Source of the DNA: an uncultured Candidatus Bathyarchaeia archaeon
Lineage (GTDB): Archaea; Thermoproteota; Bathyarchaeia; EX4484-135
Reading direction: 5' to 3'
Assembly (NCBI GenBank): GCA_964638535.1
Contig: CAZWYW010000002.1
Coordinates: 1 to 56,370, forward strand
Length of the DNA: 56,370 nucleotides
Shown piece after piece: positions 9,001-18,899 of the stretch. Made by a program: the position numbers and the translations under genes. Within the stretch, counting starts at the first letter, position 1. Each line of letters begins with the position of its first letter. Below the pieces are notes generated by a model. That model saw nothing but the letters and a program-made list of their open reading frames with translations. It did no database searches and had not been told where the DNA came from.

Positions 9001-10691
9001 GACCTCAGCCTCTCCAGGGCTTTCCTCAACTCACGGGGATCGCCGGGTACCTTTTTGAAGACGGGCTTAGGCTTGCCTATGGCGTGGCCAGGCTCTAAGG
9101 GCTCGAGCGCCTCTTCCCAGCGGGCTTCATGGACCGAGCCCGGCAAGCCGAGCATGGCCCAGAGCTTATCGGCCGACTCGGGCACGAAGGGCGCCAACAT
9201 GATGGCTAGGGCCTTCACGAGCCTCAGGGCCACGTATATGGTGGTCTTGGCTAGCTCGGGGTCTTCTTTGACCAACTTCCAGGGCTCCCGCTCGTTCAGG
9301 TAGCGGTTGCCCTCCCTGGCCACCTCCACCACGGCCCTTAAGGCCGCCTTCAGCCTGAAGGCCTCGAGCTCCCTGGTGGCCTCCTCGAAGCGCTCCCTCA
9401 GGGCCGCCAGCACGGCCTCATCTAGCTCCTCCAAGCGCCCAGGCTCCGGCACTCGCCCATCGAAGTGCCGCTTGGTGAAGACGAGGGCCCTGTGGACGAA
9501 GTTCCCTATGGTATCGTTCAGGTCCCCGTTCACTTTCTCCACGAACTGCTCCCAGGTGAAGTTAGAATCGCGAACCTCAGGCCTGAGGGCCACCAGGACG
9601 AAACGCCAGTAATCAGCTGGGAAGAGCTCTAAGGCCTCGTCCAGCCAGATGCCCACGCGCCTGCTCTTAGAGAACTTGTCGCCCTCCCAGAGCAAGAACT
9701 CGTTGGAGACCACGTCCCATGGCAGGTTGTAGCCCTCCCCGTTGGCCAAGAGGAGCGCGGGCAGGAGGATGGCGTGGAAGGGTATGTTGTCCTTCCCTAT
9801 GAAGAACACGCTCCGCGCGCCCGGGTCCGTCCAGAACTTACGCCAGCCCTCCGGCTCGCCCTTCTCGCGGAAGTAAGCTATGGTAGCCGATATGTAGCCT
9901 AGGACGGCCTCGAACCAACAATAGATGGTCTTGCCCTCCGCGCCCGGGAAGGGCGCTTCAATACCCCACTTGTTGTCACGCGTGATAGAACGTGGCCTGA
10001 GGCCTTCCTCCAGGAAGCGCAAGCTGAAGGCTTTCACGGGCTCCGAGAGGCGCTTATTCGAGACCAAGTAGTCCTTCACGGCCTCCTGGAGCTTGGGCAG
10101 GTCTAAGAACCAGTGCCTCGTGGCCTTTATGACCGGTCGGGAGCCGCAGATAGCGCACCTCGGGTCTACGAGCTTGGCGGGGTCCATGAGGCGGCCACAG
10201 CGCTCGCACTGATCGCCTCGCGCCCTCTCGTAACCGCAGTAGGGGCAGGTGCCTTCCACGAAGCGGTCGGGCAGGAAGCGGCCACAGCGCTCGCAGTAGG
10301 GCAGCTCTTCATCGCGCTCGAAGATGAAGCCGCGTTCGTAAACGCGCTCGTAGAAGCGCTTTATGAACTCCTTATGGACCGGGTGCTCCGTCCTTATGTA
10401 GCTGTCCAACGAGAGGCCCCAGCGCTTGAAGAGCTCCACGACTAAGGCATGGTTCTTGTCCGTGAGTTCCCTGGGGCTGATGCCCTGTTTTAGGGCCTCT
10501 ACCTCTATAGGCGTGCCGTGCTCGTCAGAGCCGCTCACGAAGACGACCTCATGGCCTTTCATGCGCAGGAAACGGGCCGCTACATCCGCCGAGAGGAGGG
10601 GGATGATGGTGCCGAGGTGCGGCACGTAGTTGATGTAAGGCCAGGCAGCGCATACTACATACCTGGGCTTCGTTTCGCCCTTGGCTTCCAC
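8997..10691 (-). CDS. metG: methionine--tRNA ligase
   Basis: It has a HIGH-type motif (PHLGT), KFSKS (KMSKS), and zinc knuckles CERCGRF...CPYCG...CERCG...CAICG. At 564 aa it is the core enzyme without the C-terminal dimerisation domain. Confidence 0.95.
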   Translation of the reverse strand: MEAKGETKPRYVVCAAWPYINYVPHLGTIIPLLSADVAARFLRMKGHEVVFVSGSDEHGTPIEVEALKQGISPRELTDKNHALVVELFKRWGLSLDSYIRTEHPVHKEFIKRFYERVYERGFIFERDEELPYCERCGRFLPDRFVEGTCPYCGYERARGDQCERCGRLMDPAKLVDPRCAICGSRPVIKATRHWFLDLPKLQEAVKDYLVSNKRLSEPVKAFSLRFLEEGLRPRSITRDNKWGIEAPFPGAEGKTIYCWFEAVLGYISATIAYFREKGEPEGWRKFWTDPGARSVFFIGKDNIPFHAILLPALLLANGEGYNLPWDVVSNEFLLWEGDKFSKSRRVGIWLDEALELFPADYWRFVLVALRPEVRDSNFTWEQFVEKVNGDLNDTIGNFVHRALVFTKRHFDGRVPEPGRLEELDEAVLAALRERFEEATRELEAFRLKAALRAVVEVAREGNRYLNEREPWKLVKEDPELAKTTIYVALRLVKALAIMLAPFVPESADKLWAMLGLPGSVHEARWEEALEPLEPGHAIGKPKPVFKKVPGDPRELRKALERLRS

Positions 10692-10773
10692 GGCGAGGGC
10701 TTACCACCCCCTTCTGGCGCGATGATAGGGCAGCTATAAAGTTATCCCGCTCGGCCCGGGTCAAGGGGAAATC

Positions 10774-11526
10774 TTGGTGGAGCTGGACCAAAAGGTCCGC
10801 GAGCTAACCGAGGCCCTGGGGGCCGATAAAATCGGTTTCGCCGACCTCTCGGGCTACCAAAATGAATTCGGCATAACTAGCGCCCTCTTGGAGCGGTTCC
10901 CCAGGGCTATCTCCATAGGCGTGGGCCTCTTAGACGAGGTAGTGGAGACCGTGGGCCCCTCCGGCCCCTCGCCCCTCTACGCCCACCACTACAGGCAGGT
11001 GAACGCCCTCTTAGACCGTGTGGCGCTGGAGCTCGCGCATTTCCTGACCTCTAAGGGCCACAGGGTGCTGCCCATCTCGGCCTCCTTGACCGTGGACGAG
11101 GAACGGCAGCTGGGCCATATCTCGCATAAAGCCGTGGCTGTCTTGGCCGGGCTGGGATGGATGGGGAAGAGCACGCTCGTCATAACGCCCGACCGCGGCC
11201 CCAGGGTGCGCTTCGCCACCGTGCTGACAGATGCCCCGCTCCCGCCGGGGGAGCTGATAGAATGCCAGTGCGGCCCCTGTCGAGCCTGCGTGGAGGCTTG
11301 CCCCGTAGGAGCCATCAGGGACGTGCGGTTCAGGCTGAGACCCGCGAGGCGCGAGGACGCCCTTGACGTGGCTGCCTGCTTGAGCTTCCTGGAACGCCAG
11401 GCCCGCGACCCCAGGATAAGCGAGCTTGTGTGCGGCATCTGCGTGAAGGCATGTCCTTTTGGGGGCCAAAAAGGCCGAGGAGGACGGCTTCCGGCAAGCG
11501 TAAAATATACGCGGGGAGGCCGGTAG
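10774..11526 (+). CDS. QueG-like 4Fe-4S dicluster protein (epoxyqueuosine reductase-related family, function unclear in archaea)
   Basis: The middle region is AVLAGLGWMGKSTLVITPDRGPRVRFATVLTD. Two ferredoxin-type motifs follow: CGPCRACVEACPVGAI and CGICVKACPFG. Confidence 0.55.
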   Translation: MVELDQKVRELTEALGADKIGFADLSGYQNEFGITSALLERFPRAISIGVGLLDEVVETVGPSGPSPLYAHHYRQVNALLDRVALELAHFLTSKGHRVLPISASLTVDEERQLGHISHKAVAVLAGLGWMGKSTLVITPDRGPRVRFATVLTDAPLPPGELIECQCGPCRACVEACPVGAIRDVRFRLRPARREDALDVAACLSFLERQARDPRISELVCGICVKACPFGGQKGRGGRLPASVKYTRGGR

Positions 11527-11538
11527 GCGGGTGGAGAC

Positions 11539-12687
11539 ATGGAGAAGACCTACTATTTCACGGGAGGCAAGACCCCACCCGAGACCTTCCCGACGGAGGG
11601 GTTGATAGAAGCCGCTGGGAAGGTCCTGAGGGAGCTGGGCGGTGCCTTCGCCTTCTACCCCCGCCAACACGCTTACGCGGGCCATAGCGTGAAGGGCTAC
11701 GTGGGTCTCAGAGAAGTAGCTTCGGCGCGTTTTGAGCACAGGGAAGGCGTCCCCCTGCCCGTGGAGAACGTGGTCATCACGACGGGCTCCATGCAGGCCA
11801 TAGAGCTCCTGGGCCGGACCTTCATACGGCCCGGCGATATAGTGATAACCGAGGAGCTCTCCTACTACGGCACTCTCCAGTTCTTCCGATACATGCAGGC
11901 CAATATCGTGGGCGTGCCTCTAGACGAGCGCGATGGCATGGACGTAGGCGCTCTAGAGGACCTCCTGAGGCACCTGGCTAAGGCGAACGTGAAGCCGAAA
12001 TTCGTCTACGTTATCCCGAACCACCACAATCCCACAGACGCCATCATGACGCGCCGGAGGCGCGAGGAGCTGCTCGAGCTAGCCATAGAATACGATGTGC
12101 CCATCGTGGAGGACGATTGTTATGGCGATTTGGATTTCGAGCCCGGCATCATCCCGCCATCCATATTCACGCTCGACGAGGACCGCTCCCACGTAATATT
12201 CGTGGGCTCCTTCTCCAAGATAGTGGGGCCGGGCGTGCGCCTGGGCTACTTCTGCGCTCCCGACCGCTTCTTAGACGCCATACTGGCCCACCGCTGGGAC
12301 CTGGGCACGAGCATCCTGGCCAGCGCCATCCTAGCCGAGTACCTCAAGGACCACTTGTGGGAGCAGGTGGCCAGGCAGGTAGAGGCCATTAAGAAGCGGA
12401 GGGACGTGCTCCTCAAGGCCCTGAAGGAGTATTTAGGTGATGTGGCCAGGTGGAACGAGCCCAGGGGCGGCCTCTTCCTGTGGGTGAAGTTGCCCGAGGA
12501 AATCGATATGGCCAAGCTGAAGGAAGCCGCCGAGAAGAGGGCCGTGAGATTCGACGAAGGCCAGAAGTTCCACTACAAGGGCGAGAAGCTGAAGGCCCTG
12601 AGGCTCTCCTACGCCCACATCCCCGTGGAGGACATCCCCGAGGGCATAAGGCTACTGGCAGAGGCTGTGGAAGAAGCCATGTCATGA
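11539..12687 (+). CDS. PLP-dependent aminotransferase, class I/II
   Basis: PNHHNPT, the IVEDDCYGDL region and SFSKIVGPGVRLGY (PLP lysine) fit the fold-type I aminotransferase pattern. Confidence 0.8.
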   Translation: MEKTYYFTGGKTPPETFPTEGLIEAAGKVLRELGGAFAFYPRQHAYAGHSVKGYVGLREVASARFEHREGVPLPVENVVITTGSMQAIELLGRTFIRPGDIVITEELSYYGTLQFFRYMQANIVGVPLDERDGMDVGALEDLLRHLAKANVKPKFVYVIPNHHNPTDAIMTRRRREELLELAIEYDVPIVEDDCYGDLDFEPGIIPPSIFTLDEDRSHVIFVGSFSKIVGPGVRLGYFCAPDRFLDAILAHRWDLGTSILASAILAEYLKDHLWEQVARQVEAIKKRRDVLLKALKEYLGDVARWNEPRGGLFLWVKLPEEIDMAKLKEAAEKRAVRFDEGQKFHYKGEKLKALRLSYAHIPVEDIPEGIRLLAEAVEEAMS

Positions 12688-13155
12688 GCCCGCCCGGCCT
12701 GGCCCGGGCTCGCTCTTCAGCTTGCTCACCACCATGATGCCCGTGATACGTGTGTGCGGGTACTGGCCAGTCTCGTCTTTCTCGTACTGCTTCACCATAT
12801 CCCAGACCGTCAGGAGGGCTACGCTCGCGGCCGTGAGGGCCTCCATCTCAACGCCCGTCTTGGCCACCGCCTCCACGCGCGCCCTGGCGAGCACGCCATC
12901 TTCTTGGACCTCTAACTCCACGTCCACCTTCGTTATCGGGATAGGATGGCATAGCGGTATGAGCTCAGGCGTCCTCTTGGCGGCGAGTATGCCCGCTAGC
13001 TGGGCCACCAGGAGTGGATCCCCTTTCTTCACTTCGCCGGACCTTATGCGCTGGAGCGTTTCGGGCCTCAACAGTATCTTGCCCTCGGCCACGGCCACGC
13101 GCCTCACATCGGGCTTATGGCCCACGCCCACCATCTCCACCCGCTTCATGGCCAC
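12682..13155 (-). CDS. moaC: cyclic pyranopterin monophosphate synthase MoaC
   Basis: MVGVGHKPDVRRVAVAEG...KGDPLLVAQLAGILAAKRTPELIPLCHPIPITKVDVE is the canonical MoaC core. The start is either GTG 13155 or ATG 13149. Confidence 0.9.
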   Translation of the reverse strand: MAMKRVEMVGVGHKPDVRRVAVAEGKILLRPETLQRIRSGEVKKGDPLLVAQLAGILAAKRTPELIPLCHPIPITKVDVELEVQEDGVLARARVEAVAKTGVEMEALTAASVALLTVWDMVKQYEKDETGQYPHTRITGIMVVSKLKSEPGPGRAGS

Positions 13156-13181
13156 GTGCCCCGAGCGGCAGGCGTGCCGAG

Positions 13182-13192
13182 CTTATAATACC
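13182..13192 (-). promoter_or_regulatory. TATA box for moaC, flanked by an 18-nt direct repeat
   Basis: The minus strand reads GGTATTATAAG about 28-35 nt upstream of the moaC start. GCGGCAGGCGTGYYGAGC copies lie at 13165-13182 and 13198-13215. Confidence 0.4.
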
Positions 13193-13276
13193 TCTCCGCG
13201 GCAGGCGTGTTGAGCGGGAGGACCATCGAAGAACTCAGGGCGGTTAATCCCCGAAAATCCTTAAGCCCTGGCGGCC

Positions 13277-13801
13277 GTGGAGCTAGGGGCGGTGTTGGCC
13301 ATGTTGGTAGGCCTGATGGCCGATACGCACGATAGGCTGCCCCTAGTGGAGAAGGCGGTCAAGGCCCTGAACGAGCACGGCGTAGAGCTCGTGCTACACG
13401 CAGGCGATTTCATAGCTCCTTTCGTGATACCGCGCCTCGCCAAGCTCGAGGCTAAGCTGGTGGGCGTGTTCGGTAATAACGATGGCGATAAGCCCCTGCT
13501 GCTCAAGAGGGCTGCCGAGACGGGGGGTAAAGTGGAGATAAAGGGCCTCTTCGCGGAGGTACAGGCCGGAGGCCTCAAGATAGCCCTTACGCACGGCCAT
13601 GAGGGCGAGCTCCTGCGCTCCCTAATGGCCTGTGGTGCTTTTGACGTGGTGGTCCACGGCCACACGCACCAGGCCGGCGTTAAGCGCGAGGGCAAGACGC
13701 TAGTGGTGAACCCAGGTGAGGTATGCGGTTACCTCTACGGGCGCCCGACCGTGGCTGTGTTGGACACGGAGAAGCTGGAGGTGAAGTTCTTAGAGCTCTA
13801 G
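13277..13801 (+). CDS. YfcE/MJ0936-family metallophosphoesterase
   Basis: The motifs are ADTHD, HAGD, GNNDGD, THGH and VHGHTH. The true start may be the ATG at 13301. Confidence 0.85.
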   Translation: MELGAVLAMLVGLMADTHDRLPLVEKAVKALNEHGVELVLHAGDFIAPFVIPRLAKLEAKLVGVFGNNDGDKPLLLKRAAETGGKVEIKGLFAEVQAGGLKIALTHGHEGELLRSLMACGAFDVVVHGHTHQAGVKREGKTLVVNPGEVCGYLYGRPTVAVLDTEKLEVKFLEL

Positions 13802-13935
13802 ACTACCGGCTTTGGGAAATCCTTATTACACCGCTATAACCTGGACCTCAAGTGGAGGGACCCAAGGCGCCTCGTGATTGGGGGCTCCTCCTCAGGAGAG
13901 CAGGGGTTCCTCCGGCCCCCCGCCAACTCAAGGTC

Positions 13936-15351
13936 ATGCTGATATTGCCGCCGAGCTCCTCGCCGCTGATAAGGGCCTTCGGGACCAGCGGCCCCCCACT
14001 GGGCCTCGCTTACCTGGCCTCGGCCCTGGAGGCAGAAGGGCACGAGGTACGCGTGGTGGATTGCATAGCGCTGGGCTACGGGCTGGCCGAACTAGCCCAA
14101 GAACTCCGGTCCTTCAGCCCAGACGTGGTGGGGCTGACGGCTACCACGCCATCCATATATGATGCTTACAGGGTGGCCAGGCTGGTTAAGGCGGAGCTGC
14201 CCGATTGCCTGGTTGTGCTGGGTGGCCCCCACGCCACCTTCATGGCCTCGGAGGTGCTGGCCGAGTGCCCTTACGTGGACGCGGTCGTGAGGGGCGAGGG
14301 CGAGCTGACTATCTGCGACCTGGTTAATAGGCTAGCGAGGGAAACATCCCTAGAGGACACGAGGGGCCTTACCTACCGGGCCAGCAATTATATCAAGCAG
14401 GGCGAGCCCAGGCCGCTCATAAAGGACGTAGACGCTATCCCCTGGCCAGCTTACCACCTCCTGCCCCTGGAGAAGTACTGCTATGAGGGGCTCAGGTTCT
14501 GCGTCATGCTCACCAGCCGGGGCTGCCCTTACGGGTGCGTGTTCTGTTCTTCCTCCAAGCTCATGGGCAAGGTGTGGCGCGGGAGGAGCGCGGAAGACGT
14601 GGTGGATGAGCTCAGGCTCCTGAGAGACGAGTATAACATAAGGGAGATAGAGTTCTTGGATGATACATTCACGCTCAATATGAAGAGGGCCGAGGCGATA
14701 GCCGATGAACTCGTGAGAGAAGGGTTGGACGTGAGCTGGAGCTGTTCCTCGCGGGCTAATACTATTAACAGGCGCTTAGCCCTCAAGCTCAGGAGGGCGG
14801 GCTGCCACACCGTTTACCTAGGCGTGGAATCGGCTAATCAAACGACCCTGAACTGGCTGAGGAAGGGCATCACAGTGAGACAGGTGATAGATGCCTTTAA
14901 GGCGCTTAAGCGCGCGGACCTGAACATAGTAGCCACTTTCATCTTAGGCATTCCCTGTGAGACCGAGGAGATGATGGAGCGCACCATGAGGTTCGCGAGG
15001 AAGATGGAGCCCACCTTAGCCCAATTCACCATCTTCACGCCTTACCCGGGCACAAAGGCTTATGAGGAGGCCGTGAGGAAAGGCCTCCTGCTCACGCGCG
15101 ATTGGTCTAAATACGATACGCTGACGCCCGTGATGAAGCATCCTTACCTCTCGCCAGCCGAGATAAAGAGCCTCCTCAGGAAAGCCTACCTGAGCTTTTA
15201 CGCTCGCCTGGGCTTCGTGGCCAACGCCATAAAGAGGCACTTAATTAAATTGCTCATAAGGAACCTGAAATCGATAATGTGCGCCTTAAGGGACCAGATA
15301 GCCAACGTCATCCGCCATCGGCACTTTTTTAAAGCATCACGGCCCGTATAA
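13936..15351 (+). CDS. B12-binding-domain radical SAM protein
   Basis: The N-terminal cobalamin-binding-like domain begins MLILPP...LGLAYLASAL. The radical SAM motif is RGCPYGCVFC. The start is set at the internal ATG 13936 of ORF 13852..15351. Confidence 0.85.
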   Translation: MLILPPSSSPLIRAFGTSGPPLGLAYLASALEAEGHEVRVVDCIALGYGLAELAQELRSFSPDVVGLTATTPSIYDAYRVARLVKAELPDCLVVLGGPHATFMASEVLAECPYVDAVVRGEGELTICDLVNRLARETSLEDTRGLTYRASNYIKQGEPRPLIKDVDAIPWPAYHLLPLEKYCYEGLRFCVMLTSRGCPYGCVFCSSSKLMGKVWRGRSAEDVVDELRLLRDEYNIREIEFLDDTFTLNMKRAEAIADELVREGLDVSWSCSSRANTINRRLALKLRRAGCHTVYLGVESANQTTLNWLRKGITVRQVIDAFKALKRADLNIVATFILGIPCETEEMMERTMRFARKMEPTLAQFTIFTPYPGTKAYEEAVRKGLLLTRDWSKYDTLTPVMKHPYLSPAEIKSLLRKAYLSFYARLGFVANAIKRHLIKLLIRNLKSIMCALRDQIANVIRHRHFFKASRPV

Positions 15352-15367
15352 CCCCAGGTGGTAGCGA

Positions 15368-15814
15368 ATGGCCTTCTGGTTCGGTGTGTGGCGTGATATC
15401 GACCGCGAGATGCGTGAATTAAGGCGCAGGCTCAGGAAGACACTCCAAGAGATATCCAGGGCCGTGGAAGCCGAGGTCCCGGTCAGCGAGCTCATGAGGC
15501 CGCTCGTGGATATCTACGAGACGCCCGAGGAGGTAATAGTTGTAGCTGAATTACCTGGCGTGAGGAAGGAGGACATAAAGATCGAGGCCACAGAGGACAC
15601 GCTTGAAGTAAGGGCGGACGTGAAACGCGAGGAAGAGGTAAGGGAGGAGGACTACTATAGGCGTGAGCGCTATTACAAGGGCTTCTACCGGCGCATAAGG
15701 TTGCCCACGGCCGTGAGGCCCGAGGGCGCTAAGGCGACCTACAGGGACGGCGTGCTGAAGATAAGGCTCCCCAAGGCGGTAGCCGAGAAGAAGCACCGCA
15801 TCCATGTAGAGTGA
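15368..15814 (+). CDS. hsp20: small heat shock protein, Hsp20/alpha-crystallin family
   Basis: The alpha-crystallin domain reads DIYETPEEVIVVAELPGVRKEDIKIE...FYRRIRLPTAVRPEGAKATYRDGVLKIRLPK. Confidence 0.9.
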   Translation: MAFWFGVWRDIDREMRELRRRLRKTLQEISRAVEAEVPVSELMRPLVDIYETPEEVIVVAELPGVRKEDIKIEATEDTLEVRADVKREEEVREEDYYRRERYYKGFYRRIRLPTAVRPEGAKATYRDGVLKIRLPKAVAEKKHRIHVE

Positions 15815-15866
15815 GCATCTTTACGCAGGCGATGAAAAAGAGCTTAAGAGAGGACGCCCTCCATCC

Positions 15867-15872
15867 CTTTTT
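15867..15872 (+). terminator. oligo-T terminator after hsp20
   Basis: A T6 run in CCCTTTTTTAC lies 53 nt after the hsp20 stop. Confidence 0.4.
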
Positions 15873-15950
15873 TACACACTTGATTAAAAGAGACATGTTG
15901 CCGAGGCACCTGACTATACCTAAACGAGTTAAATAGCCACCGGCTCCCTA

Positions 15951-17276
15951 ATGCCCGGGGGCAGGGGCATGCCCAAGGCACTGCCGGGCTTCCTCAAGTG
16001 GGCCATCGTCATCGTCCTGACGGCCGTAGTGTCCTCGGCTGGCACCTGGGCCGTCTTGACCTACGTGACGCCGCCCGGGGCGGGAAGGGCGCCCCCCACC
16101 GGTTACACCAAGGCCGCCTGGATCTACGTGGGGCCTATAGGCGATTACGGCTGGACTCACGCCCACGACATGGGCAGGCGTTTTGTGGACAGCCTCTTCC
16201 CGTGGCTTGAAACGCACTATGTGGAGAGCGTCTCGGAAGGCGATTGCCCGAGCGTGATAGACCAGTTGGTAGCAGCGGGCTATAACATCATCTTCACCAC
16301 AAGCTTCGGCTTCATGGACGCTACCCTGGACGCCGCCAAGAAGTACCCGAACGTGATCTTCTTCCACTGTTCCGGCTACAAGCGCTGGAGCAACATGGGC
16401 ACTTACTTCGCCGAGTTCTACCAGCTCTACTACCTGAACGGCCTCATGGCCGGCGCCCTCACGAAGACGGGCAAGGCTGGTTACGTGGCCGCCCACCCCA
16501 TCCCAGAGGTGATCAGGCACATCAACGCCTTCGCCATCGGCTTCGCTGAGGTCGCCCAACAGAGGTATGAGCGTGGCGAGCTGCCTAACCCGCCTGAGGT
16601 CCACGTGATATGGATACACGCCTGGTACGACCCGACGAAGGCCAGGCAGGCTGCCGAGACGCTCATAGGCGAGGGCTGCGATGTGTTAGCCTTCACGGAG
16701 GACAGCCCCACGGTCATAGAGGTCTGCCAAGAGTACTACGAGCGCGGCCAGCCCGTCTACAGCTTCGCCCACTACAGCCCCATGTACCAGTACGGGCCTG
16801 ACGTGGTCGTGAGCGGCCAACTAGTGCGCTGGGAGGTAATCTACGCGGACATCATAACTAAGATCGCCTCTGGCGTCTACACCACTAAGAACCTCAAGTC
16901 CGTGGATTACTGGTGGATGCTTCACGAGGGCGTCGTGGAGCTGGGCTGCGATTACAGTATGCCCATCAACCCGAAGTTCAAGGACGCCCTTAAGGCCGTT
17001 AAGGTGACGGACAAGCTCACGGGCGAGGAGATAAGCGTCTACGACCTGGTGTTCAGGCGCTTAGAGCAGATGAAGAACGAGGTGCCGCATGTCCAGGTGA
17101 TAAGCGGCGGCGAGATTAAGTGGACCACGCCAGAAGTGACGTTCGACCCCTTCATGGGGCCGCTCTACGACCAGGATGGCAACCTGAGGGTGCCAGCTGG
17201 CGAGAGGCTCGGCCACGATGACCTGTGGAACATGATGTGGTTTGTCCAGTGGGTCGTGGGCACTATCCCGACCTGA
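15951..17276 (+). CDS. BMP-family ABC transporter substrate-binding protein (nucleoside/purine type)
   Basis: An N-terminal membrane anchor is followed by AAWIYVGPIGDYGWTHAHD... and AGYVAAHPIPEVIRHINAF, typical of the PnrA/Med (Bmp) family. A TATA (TTAAATA, 15929-15935) suggests the real start could be the second ATG at 15969. Confidence 0.85.
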   Translation: MPGGRGMPKALPGFLKWAIVIVLTAVVSSAGTWAVLTYVTPPGAGRAPPTGYTKAAWIYVGPIGDYGWTHAHDMGRRFVDSLFPWLETHYVESVSEGDCPSVIDQLVAAGYNIIFTTSFGFMDATLDAAKKYPNVIFFHCSGYKRWSNMGTYFAEFYQLYYLNGLMAGALTKTGKAGYVAAHPIPEVIRHINAFAIGFAEVAQQRYERGELPNPPEVHVIWIHAWYDPTKARQAAETLIGEGCDVLAFTEDSPTVIEVCQEYYERGQPVYSFAHYSPMYQYGPDVVVSGQLVRWEVIYADIITKIASGVYTTKNLKSVDYWWMLHEGVVELGCDYSMPINPKFKDALKAVKVTDKLTGEEISVYDLVFRRLEQMKNEVPHVQVISGGEIKWTTPEVTFDPFMGPLYDQDGNLRVPAGERLGHDDLWNMMWFVQWVVGTIPT

Positions 17277-17303
17277 GAGGGGCCGTTTAAGTAAGCGCCT
17301 GAC

Positions 17304-18899
17304 GTGGAGGGTTGGGAGATGGAACACCGTTTTTATATTTCCCCCCGGACTAGCGTGGTGAGCGACGTGGCGGTAGGCCGGCCTCCTGCCCAGGAGCCCT
17401 TAGTGAAGATGGAGGGTATAACCAAGCGCTTCCCGGGCGTCGTGGCCAACGATAACGTGGATTTCGAGCTCTTGCCCGGGGAGGTGCACGCGCTCCTGGG
17501 GGAGAATGGGGCTGGCAAGACCACCCTCATGAACATCCTCTACGGTCTCTACAGGCCTGATGAGGGCCGGATACTCCTGAGGGGCCGGGAGGTCAGGATA
17601 AGGAGCCCAAGGGACGCTATAAAGCTCGGCATAGGCATGGTCCACCAACACTTCAGGCTCGTCCCGACCCTGACGGTGGCCGAGAACATAGCCCTGGCAT
17701 TAGAGGAAGCCGGCTTTCTCTTCCCGGCCAGGAAAGTGGAGGCCAGGATAGCCGAGGTAGCCGAGCAGTACGGCCTCAAGGTGGACCCAGGCGCTAGGGT
17801 GTGGCAGCTCTCAGCTGGCGAGAAGCAGAGGGTAGAGATACTGAAGCTCCTCGTGAGGGACGCGAGGGTCCTCATCTTGGACGAGCCCACAGCCGTCCTA
17901 ACGCCCAGAGAGCGTGATGATCTCTTCAAGACGCTTAGGAAGTTCGCTTACGAGGGCAGGGGCATCATATTCATCACGCACAAGTTAGACGAGGTCTTCA
18001 AGGTAGCCGATAGGGTCACGGTCCTCAGGAAAGGGCGCGTGGTGGCCTCCGGCCTGCCCGTAGAAGCTGTCTCGCCAGCCGAGCTGGCAAGGCTCATGGT
18101 GGGCAGGGAACTAAAGCCCAGAGCCGAGAAGCGCTTTGGCGCCCCAGGCGGCGTCGTATTAGAAGTCCGAGGCCTCTGCGCCCTCAGCGATAGAGGCATG
18201 ATGGCCGTGAAGGACGTGAGCTTCGAGGTGAGGGAGGGCGAGATATTTGGCATAGCAGGCGTGGCCGGGAACGGGCAGAGGGAGTTGGTTGAGGCCATAG
18301 TGGGCTTGAGGAAGCCCGTCAAGGGGCGCGTGCTGATAGGGGGGCGCGATGTGACGGGCAAGCCGCCGGCGGAGCTAGCTAAGCTGGGCGTGGCCTACAT
18401 ACCTGAGGACAGGGCGCGTTACGGTGTGGTGCCCGACTTGAGCGTGGCCGAGAACCTCATACTCAAGGTCTACCGGAGGCCGCCCTTCAAGCGCGGCCCC
18501 TTCCTGAACACGCAGTTCATAAAGGAGTGGTCGGAGAAGCTGGTGGCCGAGTATGGCATAACCACGCCGGGCGTGGATGCCCCAGCTGGTTCCCTCTCAG
18601 GCGGCAACGTCCAGAGACTCGTGTTGGCCAGGGAACTCTCCATGAGGCCTAAGCTAGTGGTGGCCTCCCACCCCACGCACGGCCTGGACGTGGCGGCCAC
18701 CGAGTACATACGTTTCCTCCTGTTAGAGCAGAGGGAGAAGGGCATGGGCATACTGCTCGTGTCCGAGGACCTAGACGAGATACTGGAGCTAAGCGATAGG
18801 ATAGCCGTCATGCACGAGGGGCGCCTCGTGAGCGTGCTTGACGCGGCGGAGGCAGATGCCGGAGAGCTGGGCCTCATGATGTCCAGGGGAGCAGCGTGA
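17304..18899 (+). CDS. ABC transporter ATP-binding protein with two ATPase domains
   Basis: Walker A is GENGAGKTT, the signature is LSAGEKQRV and Walker B is LILDEPT. The second domain has GVAGNGQ, LSGGNVQRL and LLVSEDLDE. The start may be an internal Met (about 17409). Confidence 0.9.
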   Translation: MEGWEMEHRFYISPRTSVVSDVAVGRPPAQEPLVKMEGITKRFPGVVANDNVDFELLPGEVHALLGENGAGKTTLMNILYGLYRPDEGRILLRGREVRIRSPRDAIKLGIGMVHQHFRLVPTLTVAENIALALEEAGFLFPARKVEARIAEVAEQYGLKVDPGARVWQLSAGEKQRVEILKLLVRDARVLILDEPTAVLTPRERDDLFKTLRKFAYEGRGIIFITHKLDEVFKVADRVTVLRKGRVVASGLPVEAVSPAELARLMVGRELKPRAEKRFGAPGGVVLEVRGLCALSDRGMMAVKDVSFEVREGEIFGIAGVAGNGQRELVEAIVGLRKPVKGRVLIGGRDVTGKPPAELAKLGVAYIPEDRARYGVVPDLSVAENLILKVYRRPPFKRGPFLNTQFIKEWSEKLVAEYGITTPGVDAPAGSLSGGNVQRLVLARELSMRPKLVVASHPTHGLDVAATEYIRFLLLEQREKGMGILLVSEDLDEILELSDRIAVMHEGRLVSVLDAAEADAGELGLMMSRGAA

